From: Eledone cirrhosa
Lineage: Eukaryota
DNA length: 64,000 bases
Assembly: GCA_964016885.1 (NCBI GenBank)
Contig: OZ024764.1
Span: 23,250,001 to 23,314,000 of the forward strand
Direction: 5' to 3'
Translations under genes and position numbers: made by a program
Shown: positions 1-12,139 of the stretch, piece by piece
Numbering within the stretch: the stretch's first letter is position 1
Layout of the letters: the number at the start of each line of letters is the position of its first letter
Notes under the pieces: generated by a model
What the model was told of the DNA's origin: nothing
The model's input: only the letters and a program-made list of their open reading frames with translations
Database searches by the model: none

Positions 1-1118
1 ATTCCAGATACAAGTAGGAGTACATCAGGGTTCGGTCCTCAGCCCGCTCTTGTTCATTATAGTCCTCCAAGCCATAACAGAGGAGTTTAAGACTGGCTGT
101 CCATGGGAACTTCTCTATGCTGACGATCTGGCTCTTATGGCAGAATCAGTAGAGGAGCTAGAGAATAAATTCCGGCTATGGAAACAGCAGTTGGATGCAA
201 GAGGACTGAGAGTAAATCTAGCTAAGACAAAAGTGTTGATGAGTAGAAAAGAGGACAAAACCCTGATTCCGTCAGGGAAATGGCCATGTTCGATATGCAG
301 AAAAGGAACTGGCATAAATTCTATAAAATGCACACAATGCAGGTCCTGGGTACACAAGAGATGTAGCGGGATAGCAGGCAAACTAACAGGTAGGGAGAAA
401 TATGTATGCAGTAGATGTACAGGGAAATTAGACAGTAGAAGTCGCACTGATAGACACATTTTTCAAATGCGAGAGGGCGCTATAGAAGTGGTGGATAGCT
501 TTCGGTACCTAGGAGATCAGATTAGCATGGGAGGAGGGTGTTCCGAGGCCATAGTATCTAGAATAAGGACGGGTTGGAAGAAGTTTAGGGAGCTGCTTCC
601 TCTGTTGACGAAGAAGGGTTTCTCCCTGCGTACGAAAGGCCGGTTGTATGATGCCTGTGTGAGGAGCGCGATGCTGCATGGTAGTGAGACATGGGCAGCA
701 ACCGCAGAGGATATGCGACGGCTGGAGAGAAATGAGGCAAGCATGCTCCGTTGGATGTGCAGTGTAAATGTGCGTGAACGACCCAGCATAAATGTGTTGA
801 GAGAGAAACTGTGTCTGAGAGGGATAGAATGTAGTGTACGGGAGAGGAGACTGAGGTGGTATGGACATGTGATGCGCATGGAGGATGACCGATGGGTGAA
901 GAAGTGCCAGGAAATGCCAGTTGAGGGAAGACGTGGTAGAGGTAGACCACGAAAAACATGGGCGGAGGTGGTGAGAACAGACCTCAGATCATTGAAGCTC
1001 ACGGTGGAGATGACGAGGGACCGTGACGAGTGGAGAGATGCTGTGCTGAATAAGACCCGTCCCACCCTTGCGAGCAGGGAATAGCGGACGTAAAATGATG
1101 ATGATGATGATGATGATG
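1..1118 (+). mobile_element. RTE-clade non-LTR retrotransposon, 3' part (runs off window start), with (ATG)n tail
   Basis: Frame open from position 2 to stop 1084: RT motifs GVHQGSVLSP and LLYADD, RTE-type C-terminus (RLRWYGHVMRM, GRRGRGRPRKTW), short 3' UTR and (TGA)n tail at ~1096-1118. Confidence 0.93.
2..1084 (+). CDS. RTE LINE reverse transcriptase, C-terminal portion, uninterrupted, with PHD-like C4HC3 insert
   Basis: ORF 50..1084 extends in frame to the window edge; YADD; CSIC-CTQC-HKRC-CSRC. Confidence 0.88.
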   Translation, partial: FQIQVGVHQGSVLSPLLFIIVLQAITEEFKTGCPWELLYADDLALMAESVEELENKFRLWKQQLDARGLRVNLAKTKVLMSRKEDKTLIPSGKWPCSICRKGTGINSIKCTQCRSWVHKRCSGIAGKLTGREKYVCSRCTGKLDSRSRTDRHIFQMREGAIEVVDSFRYLGDQISMGGGCSEAIVSRIRTGWKKFRELLPLLTKKGFSLRTKGRLYDACVRSAMLHGSETWAATAEDMRRLERNEASMLRWMCSVNVRERPSINVLREKLCLRGIECSVRERRLRWYGHVMRMEDDRWVKKCQEMPVEGRRGRGRPRKTWAEVVRTDLRSLKLTVEMTRDRDEWRDAVLNKTRPTLASRE

Positions 1119-1119
1119 A

Positions 1120-1222
1120 ATGGGAGTGTCTGTCACAGACGCACACACACAAGTCTCTTGTTATAATTTTAAAATTTTTCGTTCAACAACACCACCAGCT
1201 TTCTTACTCTCTCTCACTCTCA

Positions 1223-1262
<40 letters not shown>

Positions 1263-1435
1263 ATGAAGATACCTGAAAAAAATCTCGGGAACCTGTGCTC
1301 TGATTTACGTGAAACTTATTTTATCCCATTTGTATTCCCATTTCAGGGTCAACTTCCTTTCAAACTATTTTCCCATTATGCCCCGTTTTGGCTGTATTAC
1401 ATTACAGACAAGACACAATCACAGAATTTTAGGTT
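1120..1435 (-). mobile_element. Partial non-autonomous Helitron-like element (intronic copy, interrupted by the RTE)
   Basis: Matches 11710-11975 and is the reverse complement of 4958-5369. Confidence 0.55.
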
Positions 1436-1516
1436 TATAATGTTATAGTATCATGATAGGGTAATACAGTTATTACAAATTTCTGAGTATCTTATAATGT
1501 TCTTTTATTATTTCAG

Positions 1517-3379
<1,863 letters not shown>

Positions 3380-3589
3380 CTGTATCAATATCAAACTCAT
3401 TACATCATACAACAACAACAACAACAATTGTGTAGATCCATCATCCTTGCTAAAACTGGGGTTAACCTTGTAGGTTTTACCTATGACAGGGATCATAAAC
3501 ACCAGGTTTCCATTTTTGAAGTAGTGTTTGAAGATTTTGTGTAAATTGAAGTTTTTCACGTTAAACTTTGATTTATTATACTTTAACAG

Positions 3590-4461
3590 GTAAGATATAT
3601 ATTTGTATTTTTGGTAAAGGTTGGGAACTTCTGTAATTTAAACATGCCAATAAAATGAAAACTTTTTTTGTTGCTAGTCAGACATTGATATTAAGTCTAT
3701 TGTCCTGTACATTGTCTCAAATATCACAGATTAAACGGATTTTAACAATAAAAACAGAAATCAATAACTTGTAAGCCTAATATCTAGCTTCCATTTTAAC
3801 TATTTGATATTGTTGTTCCCCTCCTGTCTCTTCAGGTCTTTTAGATTTCAACTTCTATCTACTGTACTATTCCATTACCAAGGCAACATTCATCTGGCTG
3901 GCAGCATACATCAACTACAGATCTCATCAGTGGTTCACAACAGGCTGCCTGAAAGAAACTTCCAGATATCTTCTATGTCATAGCTATCAATCTCCTCCTC
4001 CTTATCATATGTATCATGTAGAACATCTCTGAATTTATATTTAACAGGGAGATATTTTACTGTCCCTACCTCTTTCTCTAGGTTGTCTTGTACCTCTCTC
4101 ACAGTCCTTGTAGATCTTATATTTAACAAGATCTTTTACTGTCCCTACCCTTTTCTCTAGGTTGTCTTGTACCAGTCTCACAGTCCCTCTAGATCTTATA
4201 TTAAACAGGGAGATCTTTTACTCTCCAACCCTTCTATCTCCAGATAGTCTTGTAACTGTCAGTCCCGCTAGATCTCTTCACCTTTATCTCTTCACCTGAT
4301 TGAAGTAACTAGATCAAGTAACTAGATGGTTTCCTGTAAGTTAGTGTTGTAGTGTTTGTGTCACCATGTAAGGTTTATATCTATTAATATAGAGATGTAA
4401 AGTTTTCACTGTTGTATCTCTACTTTCTAAATATCTTAATAATGTTTCTCTACTATTTCAG
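3590..4461 (+). other. Predicted 3' UTR intron (donor CAG|GTAAGA, acceptor ctatttcAG) containing proximal AATAAA at 3649
   Basis: Both sites conserved in all five units (donors 3590, 16444, 32751, 47066, 62241; acceptors 4461, 17679, 33490, 48435, 63463). Confidence 0.5.
4030..4275. repeat. ~82-bp tandem repeat next to an antisense RTE remnant (3925-4050)
   Basis: Unit ctagatcttatatttaacagggagatcttttactgtccctacccttttctctaggttgtcttgtacctctctcacagtccct. Confidence 0.85.
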
Positions 4462-4903
4462 AATATCACATGACCTTGACAGAAAAGAGTCTTTTAAAGA
4501 CAACAGAAAGATGTTACATACAAGTGATATAAACTTCTTTAGTCTGTGGTGAATTATGGTGAAATATTTCTTCTGAATTGAGATAAATAACAACATTTTC
4601 CTTTTTCACTGTCTGGAATATTTACAAGATGATTTTTCATTCTGATTAAACTTTGGATATTTACAAAGGAGTTTTCAAAATATTTGGATATTGACAAAGA
4701 TCACATTTGGTAAAATTATGAACAATAGAAATATTTACATCAACATAGGAATATTTTCCAGAAGAGATGGGATAATCATTATACCACTGTAATATTTGTG
4801 GTAAAGTATTCTCTCTTCTTTATATGTAGAACATCTAACTAAACACTTTAACTAACAAACTATTATGCTATAGAATTGACAAACTTGAGGAATGTTTAAT
4901 AAA
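4462..4903 (+). pseudogene. Vestigial ZNF-like exon with half finger (SLYHCNICGKVFS), ending near AATAAA 4898
   Basis: Starts like the ZNF exon (tttcagaata...aaagag), shares cactgtctggaatat.tacaagatgatttt, then taccactgtaatatttgtggtaaa; paralogs at 17680, 33491, 48436, 63464. Confidence 0.6.
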
Positions 4904-4957
4904 TGTTACAGATTTCTCCAAACTGTCGTTTACTAACTTTAGTTTGTAGCTATATTA

Positions 4958-5369
4958 TGTATATACTACTAAAACTCTGTGATTGTGTCTTGTCTGTAAT
5001 TTAATACAGCTAAAACAGTGCATAATGGGGAAATACTTTGAAAAGAATAAAACAAGTTTTGTATAAATTGGAGCACAGGTTCCCAAGATACGGGGTTTTC
5101 TGGGTACCTTCATAAATATAGGGAGAGAAAGAGATAGTGGTTGTGAGAGTGTGGATTGAAAAGGAGAGATAGAAGGAGATGGATGGAAAGGGGAAGAGAG
5201 AGAGAGCTGGTGGTGATGTTTAATAAAATGTGTGTGTATATATATATATATATGTGTCTATATATATATATGTCTATATTTTAACTATTTGAAAATTATT
5301 TTTAAGTGAACATGATTTAAAAATAATAGTTTTAAGGGAACGTGACCCAACAGGTCCCGGGTGGTCTAG
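4958..5369 (+). mobile_element. Non-autonomous Helitron-like element
   Basis: 3' GC-rich hairpin gacccaacaggtcccgggt then CTAG|T; 5' end is A|TC in paralogs; internal microsatellites; no TSD. Confidence 0.6.
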
Positions 5370-5559
5370 TTTGTTACCAAATACTAGATATTAGAGGGTC
5401 ATGTTGTTCTAGATGTGCTGGAAGAGCCATTCCATCTCGTGAGGTTCACACCAGCAGCTAGCCACCTCAGCACCTATGGTGGTATATTTATTATATTATT
5501 TATTCTTTATCATTAACATTAATATAAAATATAATTATATATTTTTAGAGAAGAACCTT

Positions 5560-6000
5560 TTTGTTGTGACACCTACAGAACCACTTTACAGTGTAGACTG
5601 GGTACTTTTTGTTGACACCTCCATGACCACTTTACAGTTTGCACTGGCTGCTTTTTGTCGTGACACCTACATGACCACTTTATAGTTTTGGCTGGGTTCT
5701 TTTTGTTGACACCTACATGACCACTTTACAGTGTGGGCTGGGTACTTTTTGTCGTAACATCTACATGACCACCTTATAATGTTGACTGTGTTCTTTACAG
5801 TGTGGGTTGGGTGCTTTTTGTCATATCTCCTACATGACCACCTCATAATGTTGACTGTGTGTTCTTTGCAGTGTGGGCTGGTTTCTTTTTGTCATATCAC
5901 CTACATGACCACCTTATAATGTTGGCTGTGTGTTCTCTACAGTGTGGGTTGGGTGCTTTTTGTCATATCTCCTACCCAACCACTTTGCAGTGTGGGCAGT
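5560..6000. repeat. ~48-bp minisatellite (with ~79-bp variant units) derived from RTE/SINE sequence
   Basis: Unit cacctacatgaccactttacagtgtgggctgggtgctttttgttgtga. Confidence 0.85.
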
Positions 6001-6039
6001 GAAATATCAGTAATGCACCAGCTCCAATATTCAGTAATC

Positions 6040-6540
6040 AGAAGAAGGGAGGTAGGCATAAAAGCCAAACTTGCTGTCTTCAATTAGGTTTTTGTGCCAA
6101 CCCTTACCTATGATCACATATCTTGGGTAATGACCAAAAGAATATGATTGGGAATACATGTGGCAGATATGGGATTCCTCTAAAGGGTCTTTGAAGGAAC
6201 TTTTCTCAATAAAGTGCATAGCTCTGAGATCAGAGAGTCACTCCAGGTGGAGCTGTTACTTCTCCGAATTGAGAGATCACAGCTGCAATACTATGGCCAT
6301 GTGGTTAGAATGTCTGAGGAAAGAATCACTGGATAGATTTTACAGGCAAAACTAACCGGCAGGAGACCCAGGGGTAGACCTGAGCAAGATGGTCACATAA
6401 TATCCATGAGCTTGGCTGGTCTCTCTGGGAGATCCAGCCAGATCAGTTGGAGTGGGTTACTTCTGACAGGACCTGTTGGAGGGAGTGTTTGAGGACTCTG
6501 CCCCCAAGACCCTCTCTGGAATAAGTGGGTTAATAAGAAG
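6040..6540 (+). mobile_element. Decayed RTE-like LINE 3' fragment (different family)
   Basis: Broken frames giving SQLQYYGHVVRM...GRRPRGRP; paralog 35590-36090. Confidence 0.6.
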
Positions 6541-6777
6541 AGGTTGAGGTTACATCATCAACATCAGATTTCCCTGCTAGCAAGGGTTTAATGAGTCTAC
6601 TTCAACCAAGTATGTACTGAAGTGAGGCTACTGATCTCCCAGACAGACCAAGGATCTGAGACTTATTTACATAAGGTCTCATTTGCTACTGAGTGCACAG
6701 AAAAGGTTGTCATGTCTTTGTCATGATTGAAGGATTCTCCAACACTATTGTCGGGTAAGCTTTCTATGGCTAGATGC

Positions 6778-8158
6778 AGTAATATCCACAACAAAAGCCA
6801 GATGTTGGAGCCAACTTTCATCTTTTATTTCACCTGTGTTTTGACCTTTCATCTCCCAAAACATAATTATTTCAACAAATAGAATCTTTTCAGCACTTTG
6901 TCACATGTCAACCAGCAGACTTCTGTGTAGAATGGAACATCGGTGAACTGATTATCCATATCTTCCAACAACTGGCTGAACTGACGGTGGTTGAGAGCAC
7001 GGCCTCTGATTTAGTTCACTGTCTTTGTGACCAAGCTAAGCACATGATGCAATTTTAAAATCTTTGAACATAAATTTTGCTTATGAATAATACAGTGAAA
7101 ATGTGCAAATGATGAATCTAGATATGAGTTTTCTATTTTTGTTTGTAACTTGGCAGCAACACCATTATGTCTACCAACCATATTTGCAGCACTGTCAGTA
7201 GATAAACATGCAAGTTTACTCAGATCAAAACCATGCAGACCCTGCTTGACCTTCTCAAAGATGTCCTGGCTCGTTATAGTGTCATGCATGGGGACCAGTT
7301 CAATCAGTTCTTCATAAATATTAAATTCACTGTCACAGGCCCTGATGAAGAATGCAAGCTGTACTATTCCAGTGATGTCAACAGTCTCTTCAATAGCAAT
7401 AGAAACATGTTCAAACCTTGATGATACAGCCTTTAACTGTTGTTTCAGATCACCTGACATTTCATTAATCTGTTCAGCAACAGTGTTACTGGTTAATGAA
7501 ATGTCTTTGAATAACTCTGCTTTCTCTGGACAATTTCAGCTGTTTTTACAAGACATTGCTTTACAAAATCTCCTTCACTGTAAGATTTCCCACTCATGGC
7601 AATCATTTGACTGCGTTCATAGCTTGCAGTAACAGAAGTGACATTCTCTTCCTGAATTAACATAAAACAGGTCTATTGCTGTGTCAAGTTAGACTTCAAT
7701 TCCTTGAGTCTTGAAACACACATTGGGCCTTCATATTTATCGTAAGATCGAGGGTTTGTTTCATAATGTCTTTTTAAATTGTACTTTTTTGTCGTGGCGA
7801 TGTAGTTGTTGCAAATGAAACAGTGTATCTTTCTGTTCACCATTGGGCAAAAATACTGTAATTCCCACTTTTCTTGAAACACTTGCCCTTCTTCGTTCAA
7901 TTTCCTTTTTATCTTAGCTGGAGGAGCACTAACCATTTCAAAAACAAAAACTTTTGAAATTTTGAAAGAAAGTTTTCTGTTAATGAGCTGCACGTGATTA
8001 ATGGAAGTTAAAAGTAGTTGACAAAAATTGCACAAAAAAAACAATCGTATCGAAAAATTTTTAAATTTTATATTAAGAAAATGAAACATGCTCGCATGTA
8101 AAAACCTTTGTGTGGGCCGCAGGTTTGCTTGCAAAGGGCCGCATGTTTGATGTGTCTG
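6778..8158 (-). mobile_element. hAT (Buster/Charlie/SPIN-like, GTF2IRD2-like) transposon remnant, one end deleted
   Basis: ORFs 7673..8242 (FQEKWELQYF..C.IC..YNLKRHYE, BED-like) and 7011..7460 (SIAIEETVDITGIVQLAFFIR, STDSAANMVG, HCIIH); gcggccc subterminal motifs. Confidence 0.85.
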
Positions 8159-8339
8159 ATGTGGGTTACCAACACTAGGGAGGGCAGCATGTCCTTCAAT
8201 GTCTTCTGCTACATTAACTACCAGGAGGTCACCACATGACACAAAGACATTTCAAAGAAGGGTCACAAAAGAACTAAATACAAAAGTACCCACAATTCAG
8301 CAAAAAGCAAATAATTGAGCTTTGGGTCTAGGTTAATGG

Positions 8340-8580
8340 GGCAGAAGTGCTGTGGCCTGTGGACAAGACTACAAAAGTATCCCCCCCCCCCCCTGGACGA
8401 TGGACAGTTACACCCACTGCAACAGCCACCCCAACCTCATGGGGCTCCCTCTTCAGAAAAGCCACCAACGTTCTGATCTTACAGAGGAGCTTGGCAGTAC
8501 GGGGTCCAAGTACTTCTGAGGTCTCGATGGTGACCGGTGTGAAGAGACCTACAATTGATGTCATCCCAGTTACGTAGGAC
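8340..8580 (-). mobile_element. Possible fragment of a restriction-like-endonuclease non-LTR element C-terminus
   Basis: FTPVTIETSEVLGPRTAKLLCKI...EPHE resembles RLE-clade ends; paralog ~38380-38590. Confidence 0.35.
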
Positions 8581-8980
8581 TGTAATATACTGGGGTATAG
8601 AGAGGCCTTAACCTGTCACAGCCGGGCCACCCAGGGTTGTGTCATCTAGGTACCAGACAGGGGTAACTAGACCATGTTGTCAACTGTCACCACCAATAGG
8701 AGTGAGGCGAGTGGGTCCCCTTGCTAGACACCATATATAAAAACGTATTTGCTAATTACTTTAGTGAATAATTTGTTTCATACGTAATTATTACTTTTAA
8801 CACAATAGGATTTTGTACACGTGTTTGTTTGAAAACATCTTTCAAAGAAGTATGAGACAGTCTTTTGTAGTGTTTATTATAATAAATTACTGTATGTTGA
8901 GCTGTTTTAACTTCTCCACCTTCTATTATTTTATATTGTTTTTGTAAAAAAACGAGATCTTTTTCATATATATATATGAA

Positions 8981-9190
8981 GGCGTGTGGCTGAGTGGTTA
9001 GAGAATTGGGTTCGGAATTGTGAGGTTGTGAGTTCGATTCTCAGACTGGGCGATGCGTTATGTCCTTGAGCAAGACATTTTATTTCACGTTGCTCCTTCT
9101 ACCTGGAATTGCGACCGATAGATAGTATTAGCAATTGGAAAGACCAATGGAAACATTGTTTCCTCGGTCCGATTTGACGAAAAGTCGATC
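8981..9190 (+). mobile_element. tRNA-derived SINE
   Basis: A box TGGCTGAGTGG, B box GAGTTCGATTC, core-like tgtccttgagcaagaca; paralog 39001-39210. Confidence 0.8.
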
Positions 9191-9784
9191 ATAAAAAATA
9201 TATATAGAGAGAGAGAAACACACAAACATACACTACTGTATTAAATATGTAAGGGGAGACAACTCTCGTTACATCCACCCTTCTTTTTGATATACGTCCT
9301 TTAAATACTTTGTTCAATGGAACCTGCTTTATTTTGTGTCCTAAGTAGATTTCTGTTTAAGTATTTACGCGATTCACAATGATTCACGTAGAGACCCCAG
9401 TTAGTGATGTTTTCGTCTCCCTCCCACATCCTACATGCTGTAGTAAAAGTGAGGGTCACTGTTTCTGTAGACGAACGAAATAAAAGTTAAACTACCAGTA
9501 ATTATCGGCAAAGTATTTATTCCAGTCTGTGATGTTTGAGAAGCTGGGCTGCTGACAACGAAGTTGTTGTCACTGTTGGCGGCTGGCTTTACCGAAGTAC
9601 CCGATGACTCTTGTGAGGGTTCTTAGCTGTTCTGGCGGTTTAGCCCCCATATGACCCGATCTTACCGAAGTACCCGGTGATCTCTGTAAGAGTACTTAGC
9701 TGTTCTATTTTAATTACATTTATTGATTTAAACTTTCATTTTTTCTATTACAAACTTTACATAATTTAATTCCGTAAAAATATC

Positions 9785-9911
9785 TTACGTCACAAAAAAA
9801 CATTGAAGCATGCGCAGTGGTGCAGTTGTCGACTTCCTGTCCACGTGTCAGTCTTCCTACAACATCATTTAGAAAACATTTCTGTAAATACTAAACACCT
9901 GAGACTATAAT
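9785..9911 (+). promoter_or_regulatory. Predicted promoter and non-coding exon 1 of ZNF copy 2
   Basis: TTACGTCA 9785, GCATGCGCA 9808, ACTTCCTG 9832, CACGTG 9842, donor GTAAGT at 9912; conserved in four units. Confidence 0.65.
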
Positions 9912-10447
9912 GTAAGTATTATGTCTATTAATATTGTAGATTTAAGCTCACTTTTCACATCACAAATATATATTTTCTTTGTTTCATTACTGGAAATATA
10001 AAATGTTATCGTAATTATCTATATTTTACCTACCTCTAATTAATTAAAGTGAAAACTTTTGTTGTTGCTGAAAAATAAATTAACAAAACTAAATATTTAA
10101 ATATTCTAAAGGTCGTTTTTATATTATGTGATGATATAATTAATATATTTTATTACAATTGTATAAATTTACAGTAGAATAACGTTCTAAATATGTTTTA
10201 AATATATACATAAATAACATAAGTGTGTAAATAACATTATAAATTGCTGGCAATTCCTTGAGAAAGACATTACAAATATATTGTCTAAACTGTGTATAAT
10301 AATATAATTTATTGAACAATAATGATAAAGGAAAGAAAAACACAGTGGGAGATGGCAATTCACCACCAAGTGTGATAATAGGCCACACCTCACACCTTAG
10401 GGGTTAACTACACACTTTGAGGCAAGCCAACACACTGGCAGCATTAC

Positions 10448-10725
10448 TAAGGTGTTGAAATAACCAGGTACCCTCACGGGTATCACCTGACACCTCAGTA
10501 AGGTGAGGCTAAGGTGCTGAAATAACCAGGTACCCTCACGGGTATCACCTGACACCTCGGTAAGGTGAGGCTAAGGGGCTGAAATAACCAGGTACCCTCT
10601 CGGGTATCACCTGACACCTCGGTAAGGTGAGTCTAAGGGGCTGAAATAACCAGGTACCCTCACAGGTATCACCTGACACCTCAGTAAGGTGAGGCTACGG
10701 TGCTGAAATAACCAGGTACCCTCAC
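10448..10725. repeat. 62-bp palindrome-rich tandem repeat (~4.5 copies)
   Basis: gaaataaccaggtaccctcacgggtatcacctgacacctcggtaaggtgaggctaaggtgct starting at 10457, 10519, 10581, 10643, 10705. Confidence 0.9.
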
Positions 10726-11064
10726 GGAAACGACTAGATTTGTAGAAAAAGTAGGGTGAAAGTATACAAAGAGATGTAGTTTCACAGATCTACTCACACC
10801 TCACGTTGGTTGAGAAATAATTATTTTTCTTAGAATTCTTGCTATACCCCTTTTCCAGTTTTTTTTCTCTGGACCCCTTAGATACTTGCGATAGATGTTT
10901 TATTCCCCAGTATTAGGGTTAGGGTTTCCGTTTTCAGGAAGAAAAGTCGAGAAATAAAATTAAGGAAAGATAATTATTTCCCAGCCAACTGGAGAAGTGT
11001 GTAGCTCTTCTAAACTCTGATAATCCTGTCTCCCACTTCTTTATCTACAAATCTAGTCGTTTCC
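10726..11064. mobile_element. MITE with 21-bp perfect TIRs and internal (TTAGGG)2
   Basis: GGAAACGACTAGATTTGTAGA ... TCTACAAATCTAGTCGTTTCC; copies 27286-27642, 41074-41409, partial 55030-55253. Confidence 0.75.
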
Positions 11065-11476
11065 TGCTACTTTGAAGGCCCTATTTATTGATAACACCAC
11101 TTGTAAATCTTTGTCAACTTTTCATACGTAAATTGTGAATCAGTTATTTTTAAACAAACTATCAAAGAAGTGATCTCACAGTAACTGTGTTTCATTTAAT
11201 CAACTTATTACCCCCCCCCAAAAAAAAACATTGTCGACCTTGTGTCTAAATCAGAAACTATTATAAGATCTTAAATCAACCTCGTAAAGATGAAGGGCAA
11301 AGCTAACCTCGGCGGGATTTCAACCCTTTATGTTATGAGTTCAAATCCCACCAAAGTTAACTTTGTCTTTCATTCTAACGGAGTGGATAAATTAAAATTC
11401 CAGTAATCTACTGGGGTCTGAGATATTAAGGTTTGAGTAGATTCTATCTTTTTGTGTGTTTGTATTTATAATCTTA

Positions 11477-11585
11477 CTAGAACACCTATGACCTGTTGGG
11501 TCACGTTCCCTTTAAAAATAATATTTAAATAATTAAAATATACACAGACATGTATGTAATGTAAAATGAAATTAGTAGGCCCATG

Positions 11586-11647
<62 letters not shown>

Positions 11648-11667
11648 TGTGTGTGTATATTTATATA

Positions 11668-11710
<43 letters not shown>

Positions 11711-11975
11711 GTCACTTGTTCTAATTTTATAACTTTGTTCAACAGCACCACCAGCTATCTCTCTCACACACACCCATTATCTTTCTCTCTCTATTTATAA
11801 AGGTACCAGAAAAACCCCATATCTCGGGAACCTGTGCATTGATTTACGTGAAACTTATTTTATCCCATTTGTATTCCCATTTCAGGGTCAACATCCTTTC
11901 AAACTATTTTCCCATTATGCCCCGTTTTGGCTGTATTACATTACAGACAAGACACAATCACAGAGTTTTAGGTTT
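11477..11975 (-). mobile_element. Non-autonomous Helitron-like element (intronic, inverted)
   Basis: Reverse complement of 4958-5369 / 18176-18540; CTAG end at 11477; copies start at 28036, 41812, 55628. Confidence 0.6.
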
Positions 11976-12139
11976 ATAATGTTATAGTATCATGATAGGG
12001 TAATACAGTTATTTATAGACCTGTGGTAAATGTTGGTTCAGTCCACCCTGAGGGGTGTAAGTGTTTTATCAGTCTACCCTGAGGGGTGTCAGTGTTGGTC
12101 ATTGATAACCTTTATAACTAGAGGCCTGTTGGTGAGGTC

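Noticed and set aside
115-1152. Long minus-strand ORFs over the RTE (also 22108-22816) and over Tigger
   Set aside because: Antisense shadows of TE coding sequence
8981-9070. tRNA gene
   Set aside because: A/B boxes present but no convincing cloverleaf, and the sequence continues into a SINE core
10448-10725. CRISPR-like array (regular palindromic repeats)
   Set aside because: Units are contiguous with no unique spacers, no cas genes, eukaryotic context
10912-10926. Interstitial telomere
   Set aside because: Only two TTAGGG units, inside a MITE
11525-11773. YI/CV-repeat ORFs (also 28025, 41801-42119, 55715, 56351)
   Set aside because: Translations of (TA)n/(TG)n microsatellites
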